DNA of 64,000 nt from NCBI GenBank assembly GCA_951406725.2, contig OX597822.1, forward strand, positions 58,714,001 to 58,778,000, in the 5' to 3' direction. The position numbers were made by a program, and so were the translations under genes. Origin of the DNA: Octopus vulgaris (Eukaryota). The notes beneath the pieces were generated by a model. That model saw nothing but the letters and a program-made list of their open reading frames with translations. It had not been told where the DNA came from and made no database searches. Positions 1-12,580 of this stretch are shown here, one piece after another. The first letter of the stretch is position 1. Every line of letters begins with the position of its first letter.

Positions 1-270
1 AGGATTACGAGTCGATCTGCTATTGCGGTCTGTGTTTTCGCTGTTGTGATTGTCAATACGATTAGCAACAAGAAAGTCGGGGTCTGCAAATAACATTTCA
101 AAATTATCGAAGTTGAAATCACTGAAAGGATCCGACGACGATAGCCATTCGTCGTTGACAGAACTTAACTCCAGAGACTGTGACATGAATTCGAACTCTT
201 CTAGTGTAGGATCATTATGAAGTAAAGGCCACGTAGAGGGGTCAATAAAATCTGCTGCTATTTCACTCAT
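1..270 (-). CDS. 5' coding exon of a minus-strand gene continuing beyond the window; acidic, aromatic-rich N-terminus resembling a transactivation region
   Basis: ATG at 270-268 then 90 stop-free codons to base 1 (MSEIAADFIDPSTWPLLHNDPTLEEFEFMSQSLELSSVNDEWLSSSDPFSDFNFDNFEMLFADPDFLVANRIDNHNSENTDRNSRSTRNP) in non-repetitive sequence; absent from the ORF track because there is no stop in the window. Confidence 0.7.
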   Translation of the reverse strand, partial: MSEIAADFIDPSTWPLLHNDPTLEEFEFMSQSLELSSVNDEWLSSSDPFSDFNFDNFEMLFADPDFLVANRIDNHNSENTDRNSRSTRNP

Positions 271-675
271 ACTTTTTCTATCGTTCATTTTGTGCGTTTA
301 TATATATAGTCCTTTTAACTAAATAAAGTTTACGCGTGATATGTTCAATGTATTTTGCACGTTAATTTTTCGCCTCAAAGTAAGCCAGATTTTAAAATAT
401 GTGTGCATGTATATAATATATATATATAAATATAATTATATATATATTTATATATATATATATATATGTACAAACACAAAAAAATTCAGACGTTTACAAA
501 AAAAACGTTGCAATTCAAACTGATGTGTGTAATTCCAGTGTAAGATCTTTGGTGTTAAAATACAACCCCAGTTAAAAAAAAAACAGCCGGCTTTGAAGCA
601 AGCAACTGGCGGTACACGTTAAACATGAAAATACTACGAGTTTCACGCCGACAGAAACATATATTTGTGGAAAGA

Positions 676-739
676 CCCGCCTTGATAGGCGGAGCTTAAA
701 TTAAGCAGTTGACCAATCGGTGAAGAGATCGAGGTAAGC
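676..739. promoter_or_regulatory. Probable promoter: two inverted GC boxes plus a CCAAT box; plus-strand splice-donor-like site at 733/734
   Basis: CCCGCC 676-681, GGCGGAG 688-694, CCAAT 713-717, GAG|GTAAGC at 731-739; about 400 bp upstream of the ATG at 270 in CpG-retaining unique DNA. Confidence 0.5.
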
Positions 740-1139
740 TGTATTTTATGAATTGAAATCTTTTGTCAGAAATGTTATTGTCGTTTTTTCTCTCTACTGG
801 ACGTGTGTGCTTGTTTATGTATGTCTGTGTACGTTGTTTATGCGTCTATATACATGCATGTATGTTTGTCCATGTGTGTTAGTATGTATGTATGTGTTTG
901 TGTGAAAGTTTATGTGTATCTACATATACGCATGTTTATGTATGTACGTGTGTGTGTGTGTGTGTGTCTATTTTTGTTTACAATGTATATATATATATAT
1001 ATATGCATGTTTATAAGTATTTGTAAGTTTGTGTGTATGTATGTGTGTGCGTAGGCGCACGCATTCGTGTGTCTATGTGTTCGATTATGTATACAATTGC
1101 GTGTGTGTGTGTGTGTGTGTGCACGCGCATTGATTTATT

Positions 1140-1490
1140 ATTCTTTTACTTGTTTCAGTCATTTGACTGCGGCCATGCTGGAGCATCACCTTTAGTCGAG
1201 CAAATCGACCCCAGGACTTATTCTTTATAAACCTTGTACTTATTCTATCGGTGTCTTTGCCGAGACGGGGATACAAACACACCAGCATCGGTTGTCAAGC
1301 GATGTGGGGGGGGGGGGGGGGACAAACACACACACACATATACATACACATATATACGACGGGCTTCTTTCAGTTTCCGTCTACCAAATCCACTCACAAG
1401 GCTTTGGTCGGCCCGAGGCTATAGTAGAAGACACTTGCCCAAGGCGCCACGCAGTGGGACTGAACCCGGCACCACACAGCCACTCCTGCG
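1140..1490 (-). mobile_element. tRNA-derived SINE, family 1 (bipartite with internal microsatellite). Further copies at about 1800-2460, 5565-5780, 14358-14527, 16710-17035, 22500-22900, 23055-23400, 24490-24925, 28840-29160, 32265-32610, 33320-33560, 40900-41270, 46715-47120
   Basis: Recurrent text gggcttctttcagtttccgtctaccaaatccactcacaaggctttggtcggcccgaggctatagtagaagacacttgcccaagg; head has Pol III A/B-box-like motifs when read on the sense strand. Confidence 0.85.
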
Positions 1491-1896
1491 CCTAAGTATT
1501 TTAGTGTGAGTGTGTGCATGTATTTGTGTGTGTGCATGTATGTGTGTGTGTGTGTGTACGCGCAATTAAATTTGTAAATGTGCATATGCATACTAGGCGG
1601 CGAGCTGGCAGAACAGTTAGCATGCAGGGCAAAATAATTAGCGACGTTTCGTCCGTCTTTGTGCTCTGAGTTCAAATTACCGCCGAGGTCAATTTTGCCT
1701 TTCGTCCTTTCTGGGTCGATAAAATATGTACCAGTCAATCGACTTAAGTCCTCGCCAAAACTGCTGGGCTTGTACCAAAATTTGATACCTATTTATATCT
1801 TTTCTCTTTCGCTTGTTTCAGTCATTTTACTGCGGCCATGCTGGGGCACCACACTGAAGGGAACAAATCAACTGCAGGACTTGTTTTTTTTTTTTT

Positions 1897-2189
1897 GGTA
1901 CTATTTAAGAAGAGTGGTCCCGGTGCGCGCACTCGCGTACTCACGCATCCGCATTAGCTAGTCGTGACTAGTCGATCCTACTAGTCGTGACTAGTCGATC
2001 TTTGCTATTACCTAGCAAAGTAAATAAAACACAAAATAAATAACATTTTTGCACAAAGTACATTTTTTTTTAAAACAAAGTAAATAAAACACAATAACAC
2101 AAAGTAAGGATCGACTAGTCACGACTAGCTACCGCGGATGCGCGAGTACGCGAGTGCGCGCACCGGGACCACTCTTCTTAAATAGTACC
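1897..2189. mobile_element. MITE with GGTAC termini (Merlin-like), inserted in the poly-T of a SINE
   Basis: TIR ggtactatttaagaagagtggtcccggtgcgcgcactcgcgtactc and its reverse complement; flanked by T-runs compatible with a 9-bp TSD. Confidence 0.85.
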
Positions 2190-2515
2190 TTTTTTTTTTC
2201 AGGCCTTGTACTTATTTTATCTTTCTGTTTTGCTGAAACCGCTTAGTTACGGGGACGTAAAAACACTAACACCTGTTGTCAAGCGTTGGTGGGGACAAAC
2301 GCAAACACGGGCTTCTTTCAGTTTCCGTCACCCAGATCCACTCACAAGGCTTTGGTCAGCCCGAGGCTGTAGTAGCAGACCCTTGGCAAAGGTGCCACGC
2401 AGTAGGATTGAACCCGGAACCATATGATTGGGAAACAAGCTTCTGACCACACAGCCACGTCTAATGTATGTGGAAATCGGTGATGTGTATATGTGCATGC
2501 GTGTGCGTGCACACT

Positions 2516-2587
<72 letters not shown>

Positions 2588-2774
2588 GTTAATACGGAGC
2601 AAATCATTCACGAGAAAATAATTTGCGAAGATATCATTGACTCTATTATTATCTAGTGTAACAATTTAAAAATGATAATAACAGAATCAATAATATAGCT
2701 ATTTGTGTGTGTGAGTTTATGAATATTTAACACTGTACAAAGCTACCACCACTGACCCCAGTGCTACGACACAA

Positions 2775-3180
2775 ACATTATAGAATTTGGTCCTCCCAAA
2801 GATCAGACGACCGATCGGAATGAAGTCCCTTGCCAACATACGCAACCTTTGGGTGACATGCTTGCTGTGTGTCCTCTACCTTTTTCACTGCTACTGCAAC
2901 GCCCTCTGCACCTTGGAGCCGGCTGGTTTCGAGCCACTGCCTCCCAGACACTCCTGACCTTTTGGTCCCCGCTCCCAATGTCACTCATATAGCATCCTCC
3001 TACACCATTACCACCACCATCACAAGTCTCGCACTGAACTTCTCCAACCAATCCTTTCTCCACTGAACATCGATTGTCTCTGCCTATTGTTTGTCCTGCG
3101 ATCAGCAATTTGTGCTTTATTAAGCACAAAGATATTGAACTTATTCTTACCTGCCTTAAAGGGCCTGCAAACACGATGAG
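2775..3180 (-). pseudogene. Possible decayed LINE (RTE-like) endonuclease fragment
   Basis: Broken frames with GWRSSVRLVM and GVAVAVKK, loosely like AP-endonuclease motifs; many stops. Confidence 0.3.
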
Positions 3181-3260
3181 CGTGGCCCCTTACCCAAAGC
3201 AAAATAAAATAAAATAAAAATGAAAGGGTATATGTATGAGTGCACACACACACACTCACA

Positions 3261-3305
<45 letters not shown>

Positions 3306-3753
3306 TCAAGTGCAGAGGTAGTGATTCGTTCGCTTGTTACTGTGTTTCCCCCAGATAAATCACGTGGTGTGTTCGGTCTTAAGTTCTTCTGTTAAGGCTA
3401 TGAGAACTATAAAACACAGAAGGGAGTGGGCTGAGAATAGTCTTGATGGACAGTAGCTGCGCCACAAATTCCTCTTTAAGCTCTCATTTTGCTGATTGCA
3501 ACGTAATCGATAAGAAATTTCAGAATCCATTTCACTCCTTCAATAATAAAGGTGGTCTACATGCCTGACTGGTTTGAGTCTGGATTTTGAAGTGGAAACC
3601 CCCCCCAAAAAAAAATAACGGCTTGATTACTTTCTTTGTTGTATTTGCAAACATAATTATTCGATTTGTCTCAACTGTAATATGGAACAATGATCACCAT
3701 TTTGAAAATCTTTGAAAGCAGCAACGAATACAAGACTCTTCCGTGATTATCTA

Positions 3754-3985
3754 CAGTATATGCCAGTGTATAAGACGCGCTTTATTTTTCTTAAATGTAA
3801 CAAAAGATTGTCAATCAACTAATGCAACCGTATAACGGATGGGATATCAAGTGTATTAGTGTATGGCGAGAAACATTAAATTTGCTTTTCCACAAAATAT
3901 ATCCCCACCACACACATACACACAAAAAGAAAAAAGTTAGGGTTTGTCTTATGTGATAGTGCGTCTTATACGCCGGCAAATACGG
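3754..3985. mobile_element. Tc1/mariner-superfamily (pogo/Tc2-like) MITE
   Basis: ta-cagtatatgccagtgtataagacgc ... gcgtcttatacgccggcaaatacgg-ta imperfect TIRs with TA flanks. Confidence 0.6.
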
Positions 3986-4451
3986 TATTCCAATAGTAAC
4001 ATTTGTTCGATTGTCGCCGTGAATCTTTCTTCGCCAGGTGTCCATGTATACAGTGGGTATCCGCCGTAGCCAGCTTGCATCTCAATCAGAAACGGACACA
4101 GACACCTCTTCTTCACAATCTTATAAAGCCTTTAAGCTGGTGCTTCAGCCGAGAGAGTATAATTAATTTCAGTTTCGCGTATCTTTTAGTCCAACTATAG
4201 CGAGAAACGATTATGAATAAGCTTCATTTCTGCAATTCTTTAGAGTACCTGAAGCAAAAAAAAAAAAAAATTTCCGAAGAGTGATCGTTTCAATAACAGT
4301 TCTTTTGATTTAATAATCTTATGAGCGGAAAATCCTTACAAAAATACTGTGCCGATGATGAAGTTGTTGGGCTTGAAACAGCCAGCTTCTATTTCAGTTA
4401 ATTTTAAATTACATGTGATGGTCAGTAATTGATCAAGACGGGTGACCAAAA

Positions 4452-5232
4452 TTTCTTTCCTATTCTAAGCACAAGGCCCGAAATTGTGGGGGAGGGAGCC
4501 AGTCGATTAGAGCGACCTCAGTATGGGACTGGTACATAATTTATCGACCCCGAAAGCATGAAAGGCAAAGTCGACCTTAACGTAAAGACAGACGAAATAC
4601 CGCTGAGCATTTCGCCCGGCATTCTAACGTTTCATATTTCTTTACTGCCCTGAAGGGGCTAAACACAGAGGGGAAAAACAAGGACAGACAAAGGGATTAA
4701 GTCGATTATATCGACCTCAGTGCGTAACTGGTACTTATTTAATCGACCCCGAAAAGATGAAAGGCAAAGTTAACCTCGGCGGAATTTGAACTCAGAACGT
4801 AGCGGCAGACTAAATACCTATTTCTTTACTACCCACAAGGGGCTAAACACAGATGGGACAAACAAAGACAGACAAAGGGATTAAGTCGATTATATCGACC
4901 TCAGTGCGTAACTGGTACTTATTTAATCGACCCCGAAAAGATGAAAGGCAAAGTCGACCTCGGCAGAATTTGAACTCAGAACGTAGCGGCAGACTAAATA
5001 CCTATTTTTTTACTACCCACAAGGGGCTAAACACAGAGGGGACAAACAAGGACAGACAAAGGGATTAAGTCAATTATATCGACCCCAGTGCGTAACTGGT
5101 ACTTATTTAATCGATCCCGGAATGATGAAAGGTAAAGTCAACCTCAGCGGAATTTGAACTCAGAACGTAGCGGCAGACGAAATACCGCTAAACATTTCGC
5201 CCGGCACGCTAACGTTTCTGCCAACTCACCGC
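4452..5232 (-). mobile_element. SINE family 2 with a tandemly repeated ~184-bp body; related copies at 1595-1790, 8935-9155, 23450-23820, 25985-26915, 60495-60715
   Basis: Unit starts at ~4637, 4820, 5004; conserved core gcctttcatcctttcggggtcgataaattaagtaccag on the sense strand; single head ggcggcgagctggcagaaacgttagc-like at 5190-5232. Confidence 0.85.
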
Positions 5233-5857
5233 ATTCGGCCGACCAAAATTTATGCCATACGTTATAGTACCCAGAGTATATTCGTACATGTACCTTGGCT
5301 TTCCTGTGAAAAATGATAGCAAGTTGACCAACATTCACTGGATTCATCATTTAATGTATTCTTAAATGAATATATTTTTCGACTCACATTTTTCATTTAC
5401 TCTGACGAAGTGAAGGCGTCCTCACTCCATCTTTCTATGCATATTTACTATGAACTGATCGAAGAGATGGCAGAAGTGATGAAGTAGATTCCGTCTGAGT
5501 TGTTCATTAAGCTATAGGTGCAGAAACCACTTTCAGTTCTTAATTTATAGCCAGTGGGTCCTACTCTTTACTCTTTTACTTGTTTCAGTCATTTGACTGT
5601 GGCCATGCTGGAGCATCGCCTTTAGTCGAGCAAATTGACCCCAGGACTTATTCTTTGTAAGCCTAGTACTTATTCAATCGGTTTCTCTTGCCGAACCGCT
5701 AAGTTAACGGGAACGTAAACACACCAGCATCGGTTGTCAAGCGATGTTGGGGGACAAACACAGACACATAAACATATACACATATACAATGTATGTGCAG
5801 ATTTATATGTTTTATCTATGTATTCTCATGCATATAGTTGCATATCTAGACATGTTC

Positions 5858-5888
<31 letters not shown>

Positions 5889-6058
5889 TGTGTGTGTGTG
5901 TATGTATGTATGCGTCTGTATGTGTGTATGTATGCATGTATGTATGTATGTGTCTGTACGTGTGTATGTATGTATGTATGTATGTATGTATGTATGTATG
6001 TATGTATGTATGTATGTATGTATGTATGTATGTATGTATGTTTGTATGTATGTATGTA
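5858..6058. repeat. (ATGT)n microsatellite; other large arrays: (CA)n 2520-2585, (ATT)n 6640-6717, (TA)n 7483-7550, (ATCT)n 7925-8122, 8397-8470 and 20469-20687, (GA)n 9400-9490 and 21096-21190, mixed TA/CA/GA 61460-61863
   Basis: Direct inspection. Confidence 0.95.
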
Positions 6059-6656
6059 GTGAAGGTGTGTGACTTAGTGGCGAGGTTGTTTGACTCAGCT
6101 GAATATGAGTACCAGCGGAGTGCTGGTGCACTTCTCTCAGTTCCCGCCATCACTCTCTCTAACTTTCACATCCTGGTTATGTGGCTGCGTCAAAAAAAGG
6201 ATGGGAACAATGGTCTTTGATATTCAGTAACTGCCCCAACAACACAATGCCTATGATGAGCTGTAAAACTGCACTTGAAAGCATGTAGGCACAATTAGCG
6301 AAAGCATAGTACGTCTTACCAGCTCTCGGATGACGGATGACTGGCTGGCTGCCTGGCCGTTTTTCCTTCTTCCCCTCTTTCAGTCAGGAGGGAAAGCAGT
6401 TATAAAACCGCTGAGATAGTTGGGAGGCGAGCCCAAATATTTGCAACAAATTGGACTCCGCTAAAGGCACCAAGGGAGCTAGGAAGGGATGTTAAACTAA
6501 GTGACAGGGTTAAATCTGCCATCTAAGATGGCCATGGTGATATTTGAACTCAGAATCTAAGGAGCTCGAACAACTGCCTCACAGTTTTCAATCCGACGTT
6601 CTTACAGTTCCCCCATTCTACCATCTTAATTTGGTATCTTATTATTATTGTTGTTG

Positions 6657-6717
<61 letters not shown>

Positions 6718-6775
6718 CAACTCATGGAGCAACAGTAGAAGCATTCACTATAACAGTCTATCGACTGTCAATTTG

Positions 6776-6836
<61 letters not shown>

Positions 6837-6837
6837 A

Positions 6838-7114
6838 TCACGTGATCACGTGACCGACCAGACCATCAGATGTTGTTACACATCGCTGGTCACAATGCGT
6901 TCGCATTGTTTTAGCCTTCGAATGACGCCACCCCGCTGGCTAAGCGAGCAGGCCAACAGAAGAAAGAGTGGTGAAAGAGTACAGCAGGGATCACCACCCC
7001 CTGCCGGAGCCTCGTGGAGCTTTTAGGTGTTTTCGCTCAATAAACACACATAACGCCCGGTCTGGGAATCAAAAACCGCGAGTCCGCTGCCCTAACCACT
7101 AGGCCATTGCGCCT

Positions 7115-7118
<4 letters not shown>
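6838..7118 (-). mobile_element. tRNA-derived SINE, family 3
   Basis: Reverse complement begins tggaggcgcaatggcctagtggttagggcagcggactcgcgg, matching the head of the copy at 34630. Confidence 0.8.
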
Positions 7119-7152
<34 letters not shown>

Positions 7153-7175
7153 GTATATATACATACATATATACA

Positions 7176-7211
<36 letters not shown>

Positions 7212-7479
7212 TATACACACATACATACATATACATATATGTGCGTGTGTGTGCATATATATATATATGCACACTCACACACACATACACGCGCACGCAA
7301 ACACACACACACACACACATACACACACACACATACACACACATACACACACATACACATACACACACTCGCACGCGCGGGAAAAACGTGTAGTAAATGC
7401 ACAAATGAAAAGAGACATTTTTTCACCTTTTTAGTAATGGAACGCAACGCATCCTGGTTTATATGTGTTTCTGTGTGTT

Positions 7480-7553
<74 letters not shown>

Positions 7554-7923
7554 AGATTCGTAATCCAGTTGTAACCGACGAAGAGCCGGATGATACATAC
7601 TGCTTTTCAATTCGATAGAATTTTAAAAATAATTGATGCTTTGAACCCCATTCCAGACCCCTACATAGATAACATATATAAGAGGTTTTAAGAAGAAATA
7701 TCAAGCATATTCTTAACTACGTACAGGATATGAGAACAAACTGTTTAAATTTGCAATATTTTCTCATTTCTTAATCCTTCATCTTGAATTTTTAATGTTT
7801 GATAAAATGGATTTACACAATCTTTAATCATACGTGCTGTTTCCACCTTTACTTTTTACCATTAACATTTGACTTGTATGGATTCTTAACCTCTTTTCAA
7901 CTCTCTCTCTCTCTTTCTCTCAG

Positions 7924-8009
<86 letters not shown>

Positions 8010-8038
8010 CATCCATCCATCCATCCATCCATCCATCA

Positions 8039-8108
<70 letters not shown>

Positions 8109-8395
8109 CATCTATCTATCTATTGATCGTTTTTTTTCCTCTTCCCCTTTTTTCCCCTTTTTTCTTCTTTTTTCATTTCTCTTTTCTTTTGTTCCTTTTC
8201 CTTTTCTTTTTTTTCTTTTTTTCTTTTTCTTTTTTTTGTTCTTTTCTTCCCTTTTACGCTCCCTCTTGATCGAAAACCTACGCCACCCCCTTTTTTTGTT
8301 TCTTTTGTTTTTTGTTTTTTTCATCCCCCAAAAGAAAAGCTCTACCTTGTAACTTATCCCATCTGTGTGCAGCCCTGTGTGGCCAATAAAGAAAC

Positions 8396-8471
<76 letters not shown>

Positions 8472-9132
8472 ACACACCCACACACACACACACACACTCA
8501 CACGCACACCCACACTCACACCACACATATAAAGTTCGTGTTGACAGGACTTCAGCTTATTGAAGCAGAACAGTAAACCGATAGACATAACGTAAGGCCA
8601 CAGTCAACACAAGCTTTCAATCATTTGTCTCAACTGTCAGTATTGAATTCCTACGAAGCAATAAGTGTTCTGTTGTTATTTTAAAATTAGCTTTAAAAAG
8701 ATAACTTCATTTTAACATTATGTATTAAAACGAAGTATATACATATGTCTATGTATGTCTAAATTATAGATGTACCAGCCGCGTTTATTATTCATAATAA
8801 ACTTTACTGTGGAATGTATCCATAGAATTCAAACGTTACTGCATTAATGATTTCAAAAGTTGGCAGAAGATCAATATTTCAGGGAAGGAAGTTACTCGAT
8901 TACATCGAATCAGTACTTGACCAGTACTTAATCTCTTCTTTTCTACTCTAGGCACAAAGCCCGAAATTTTTGGGGAGGGGACCAGTCGATTAGATCGACC
9001 CCAGTACGCAACTGGTACTTATTTTATTGACCACGAAATGATGAAAAGCAAAGTTTACCTGGGTGAAATTTGAGCTCAGAATATAAAAAGAGTCGGGAGA
9101 AATGCCGCTAAGCATTTTGTCCGGTGCGGAAA

Positions 9133-9414
9133 CATTTCTGCAACCTCGTCGCCTTGCTGCATTAATAATAAATAAAGACATAAGACTGTTGTAAACGTCT
9201 CTCATGTTTATTCAACCTCACCGCAGGCAGGAAAGGAAGGATTGACTATATGACCAGTTGCTGATAAGAAAATCATTATATTCTCATCAGCAAGCATTTA
9301 CCCTACATTGATGGCCATTACAAAATCGTATTTAAAGCTACTGTTATTGCATCGCTTGTGACTAAATCAGGTTGATTAATCTGGATATTTTGGCTTAGCA
9401 GAGAGAGAGAGAGA

Positions 9415-9493
<79 letters not shown>

Positions 9494-9758
9494 TGTGGTA
9501 ATATCTTCCATATTTTCTTCATGTGGTTTATTCAAAGTTCAATCTTACCATTTCTGCAACCTCGTCGCCTTGCTGCATTAATAATAAATAAAGACACAAG
9601 ACAGTTGTAAACGTCTCTCATGTTTATTCAACCTCACCGCAGGCAGGAAAGGAAGGATTGTCTATATGACCGGTTGCTGATAAGAAAATCATTATATTCT
9701 CATCAGCAAGCATTTACCCTACATTGATGGCCATTACAAAATCGTATTTAAAGCTACT
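9133..9758 (+). repeat. 210-bp direct duplication (9133-9342 and 9549-9758)
   Basis: catttctgcaacctcgtcgcc...atttaaagctact occurs twice with few substitutions. Confidence 0.9.
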
Positions 9759-10116
9759 TTCTCAACCATTTTTCACCTATGGACCCCTTTGCTTACCATT
9801 TCACTCTGGTGGACCCCACAGCCATTCTATGTTTAAAAACTAATTTTATAGATACCTCTTTCGAAATTCCTATTTTGTAATTCACTTATTCACTTGTATA
9901 GGTTGAACTATGTAAAATGTTAGAGAAAGAAATTTAGCTGTTTCTTGCAATACGTACATTTAAATAAAAACTTTTCCTGGACCTTAAAATACTACTGCAG
10001 ATCCCCCAATAAATGAAACCTTCTCATGGACCCTTAAAATACTACTGTGGATCCCCAATGTACTATTTTGCTAGGAGTCCCTAAAATATTATATGGATCC
10101 CAGTTGAGAACCACTG
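9759..10116. mobile_element. hAT-type MITE with its left TIR clipped
   Basis: Same family as 48404-48740; ends gttgagaaccactg; lacks the first bases of the left TIR. Confidence 0.75.
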
Positions 10117-11821
10117 GTCTAATTCATACAGATATCAATTAAAGTACCAAGTACTTATCGACCTACTGGGCACTCTCAGTTATTAAATATCTTGCTTTGA
10201 AGGACTAAAATTACGCTTACCTAGGTACAGGTGAGTACTTAGGTACGGAAAATGTTTGTCCCCCACCATCGCCTGACAATCGGCATTGGAGTGTTTACAT
10301 CCCCAAAACTTAGTGATTCGGCAAAAAACACCGATAGGATAAGTATCCGGCTTAGGAAAAAAAAAAGTTAGTTCTGGGGTCAATTTATTCGACTAAATAT
10401 TCCTCAAGGCGGCGCCCCAGCATGGCCACAGTCTTATGACTGAAACACATAAAAAAGATAATAAAAAAGAATGTGTGTGTATCGCATGGGTTATTGTTCT
10501 ATTTACAAATGAAACCTGAGCTGAACTTTCAAACGAAAAAGTAATGAGAGAAAAGAAAGAGAAAAGAAAACGAAAAAGAAAGTAATTCAATTTCCATTTA
10601 TAACTGGAAAGAAACTAAAATATAAACCGGAGATTTTAGCGACCGATTTAGCTCTAAGGGAGATCACTCTAATTTCTTCAACGTTTACAAATTTGATAAT
10701 TTTACTTTTTCGAAATCGATATCATAAAACATCACTTCGTTATTTTTCATAAAAAATCGAGACAGAAATAAGGGGATGCATTTGATATATGGTATGAGGT
10801 TATACAAATTTTCCTATTAATTCTGGTTAAGAGGAAGAAAAAAGAAAAAAAAAAGAACTAAATAAGAAAAAAGCGTCTTAACGTAATGAAGTTTCGTTAT
10901 ATTTTTAGATTGTTTTTATCAAAATTTTATTCATATCTTTTACATTTCACTTGTTTCAGTCACTAGTCTGTGGCCATACTGGAGTATGACTTGAAGGGTT
11001 TTAATCGAACAAATTGATCTGAGTACTTATCTTTGTTTACTTTTCAAGTTTGTTACTTGTTCTATCGATCTCTTATACTGCACTTATATATTACAGGGAC
11101 GTAAACAACCAGCACCGGTTGTTAAATGACGTGGAGGGTCAAATGCAACCAGAAATATACATCACATCTGTCTGTCTGTCTGTCTACGATGGACTTCCAT
11201 ACTGTTTCTGTCTACCAAATTAACTCACAAGATATTGTGAGACACTTGCTATGCAGTGGAATCGAACCGGAAGCCATGTGGTTGCAAGGCAAGCTTCTTA
11301 ACCACACGGCCATGTATGTCAGTATATTTTATAGAAAATGAAATATTAAAACTAATATAACGAAGCGCATATAATTTATGACATATATACATATGTAGGA
11401 CGGTACTACCTGATTCATTTTGTCCCAAGGAAACTCCTCTTAAAAGATTTTGTGTCCTAGCCTTTAGCATTCAAATTATTCTGTCAAATGTGATATTTAT
11501 TCAAATTGTTTTGAATTAATCCCGAATTATCTTGTAGTTTCAAGATTTTGATGAAGTAACTATTTTATTTTTAGAATGACATTGTAGGGTAGATGTGAGA
11601 AGAAGGATATGGTTGGTTTAAAATAAACAGGCTGAATATTTTGGTTGAATATGACCGGTTCAAATGCTACAGGGTTAAAGTCTTGCAAGAGAAGTTTTTC
11701 TGAGATAGATTATGACAGCTTGAACCAGTTGAAGCGTATATTCTAGTGAAATGACTCCCCTTATTATATATACATACATCTGAACGTAGCAGATAACCTT
11801 TGACCGCTATTTGAACCTCGT

Positions 11822-12321
11822 TGTGTCCACCACTCTGACTGGTTGGTACTGGCGCAATTTGACTCTTACTTTATCGCGCCAATATGCAACCTAACCAATC
11901 GCAGCCTCCAAATAAATCACGGGAGACAGTCTGTTCTAAACCCCATTTTCAGCCTACTGTTACCTATAAAAACCCAGCTACTTCTTGTCTCAAAGTCTTT
12001 GGTTTCAGACCTTCTAAGGTCTAGCCCCTGACCACACGACACAACCAGTTCCAGCGACAACGCCAGATAACACCCGTCCAACAGCATTACAGCGACCTCC
12101 ATCTTCGTCGCCACCATTATGTCCCTCACCAACGTCGTCAACAACATCGCTACGTACACAGCATCGGCAACACTGCACAGGTTCTAACATAGCACTGTTC
12201 ATGAACTACTTCACCATGGTTAACAGCTAACATACAACCCACACAGATACATGTAAATATATCAATAAATTTTTCATAAGCATTCTACGCTGTTGTGTAT
12301 CCCTCTTTTCCAATTGGCACA
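11822..12321 (+). mobile_element. Possible solo LTR
   Basis: TGTG...CACA termini, TCGT/TCAT flanks, CCAAT 11895, TATAAAA 11965, AATAAA 12264 in U3-R-U5 order. Confidence 0.35.
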
Positions 12322-12465
12322 TCATATGTATTATTTCAGCCTTCTGATAAGAGTCGTTATTAGACGGTCACACTACACATCACCTTGACCATCTGTACAT
12401 TCAACGTTTTTAGGTACAGCGTAAATAATATGCACATCGTTATATCAATTTGATCTTATTTCAAG

Positions 12466-12512
<47 letters not shown>

Positions 12513-12580
12513 TTTCAGTGCAAACGGTTTTGTTAACACGGTGCCGAGTTTTTACACTCCTGTAAAAAATAATAATGCTG

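Noticed and set aside
4452-5232. CRISPR-like periodicity
   Set aside because: Whole ~184-bp units repeat, there are no unique spacers, and the context is a eukaryotic SINE
803-8576. Many long ORFs such as YVCM, HTHT, YLSI, ERER repeats (also 18701-19284, 20451-21368, 61457-62017)
   Set aside because: Translations of stop-free microsatellites
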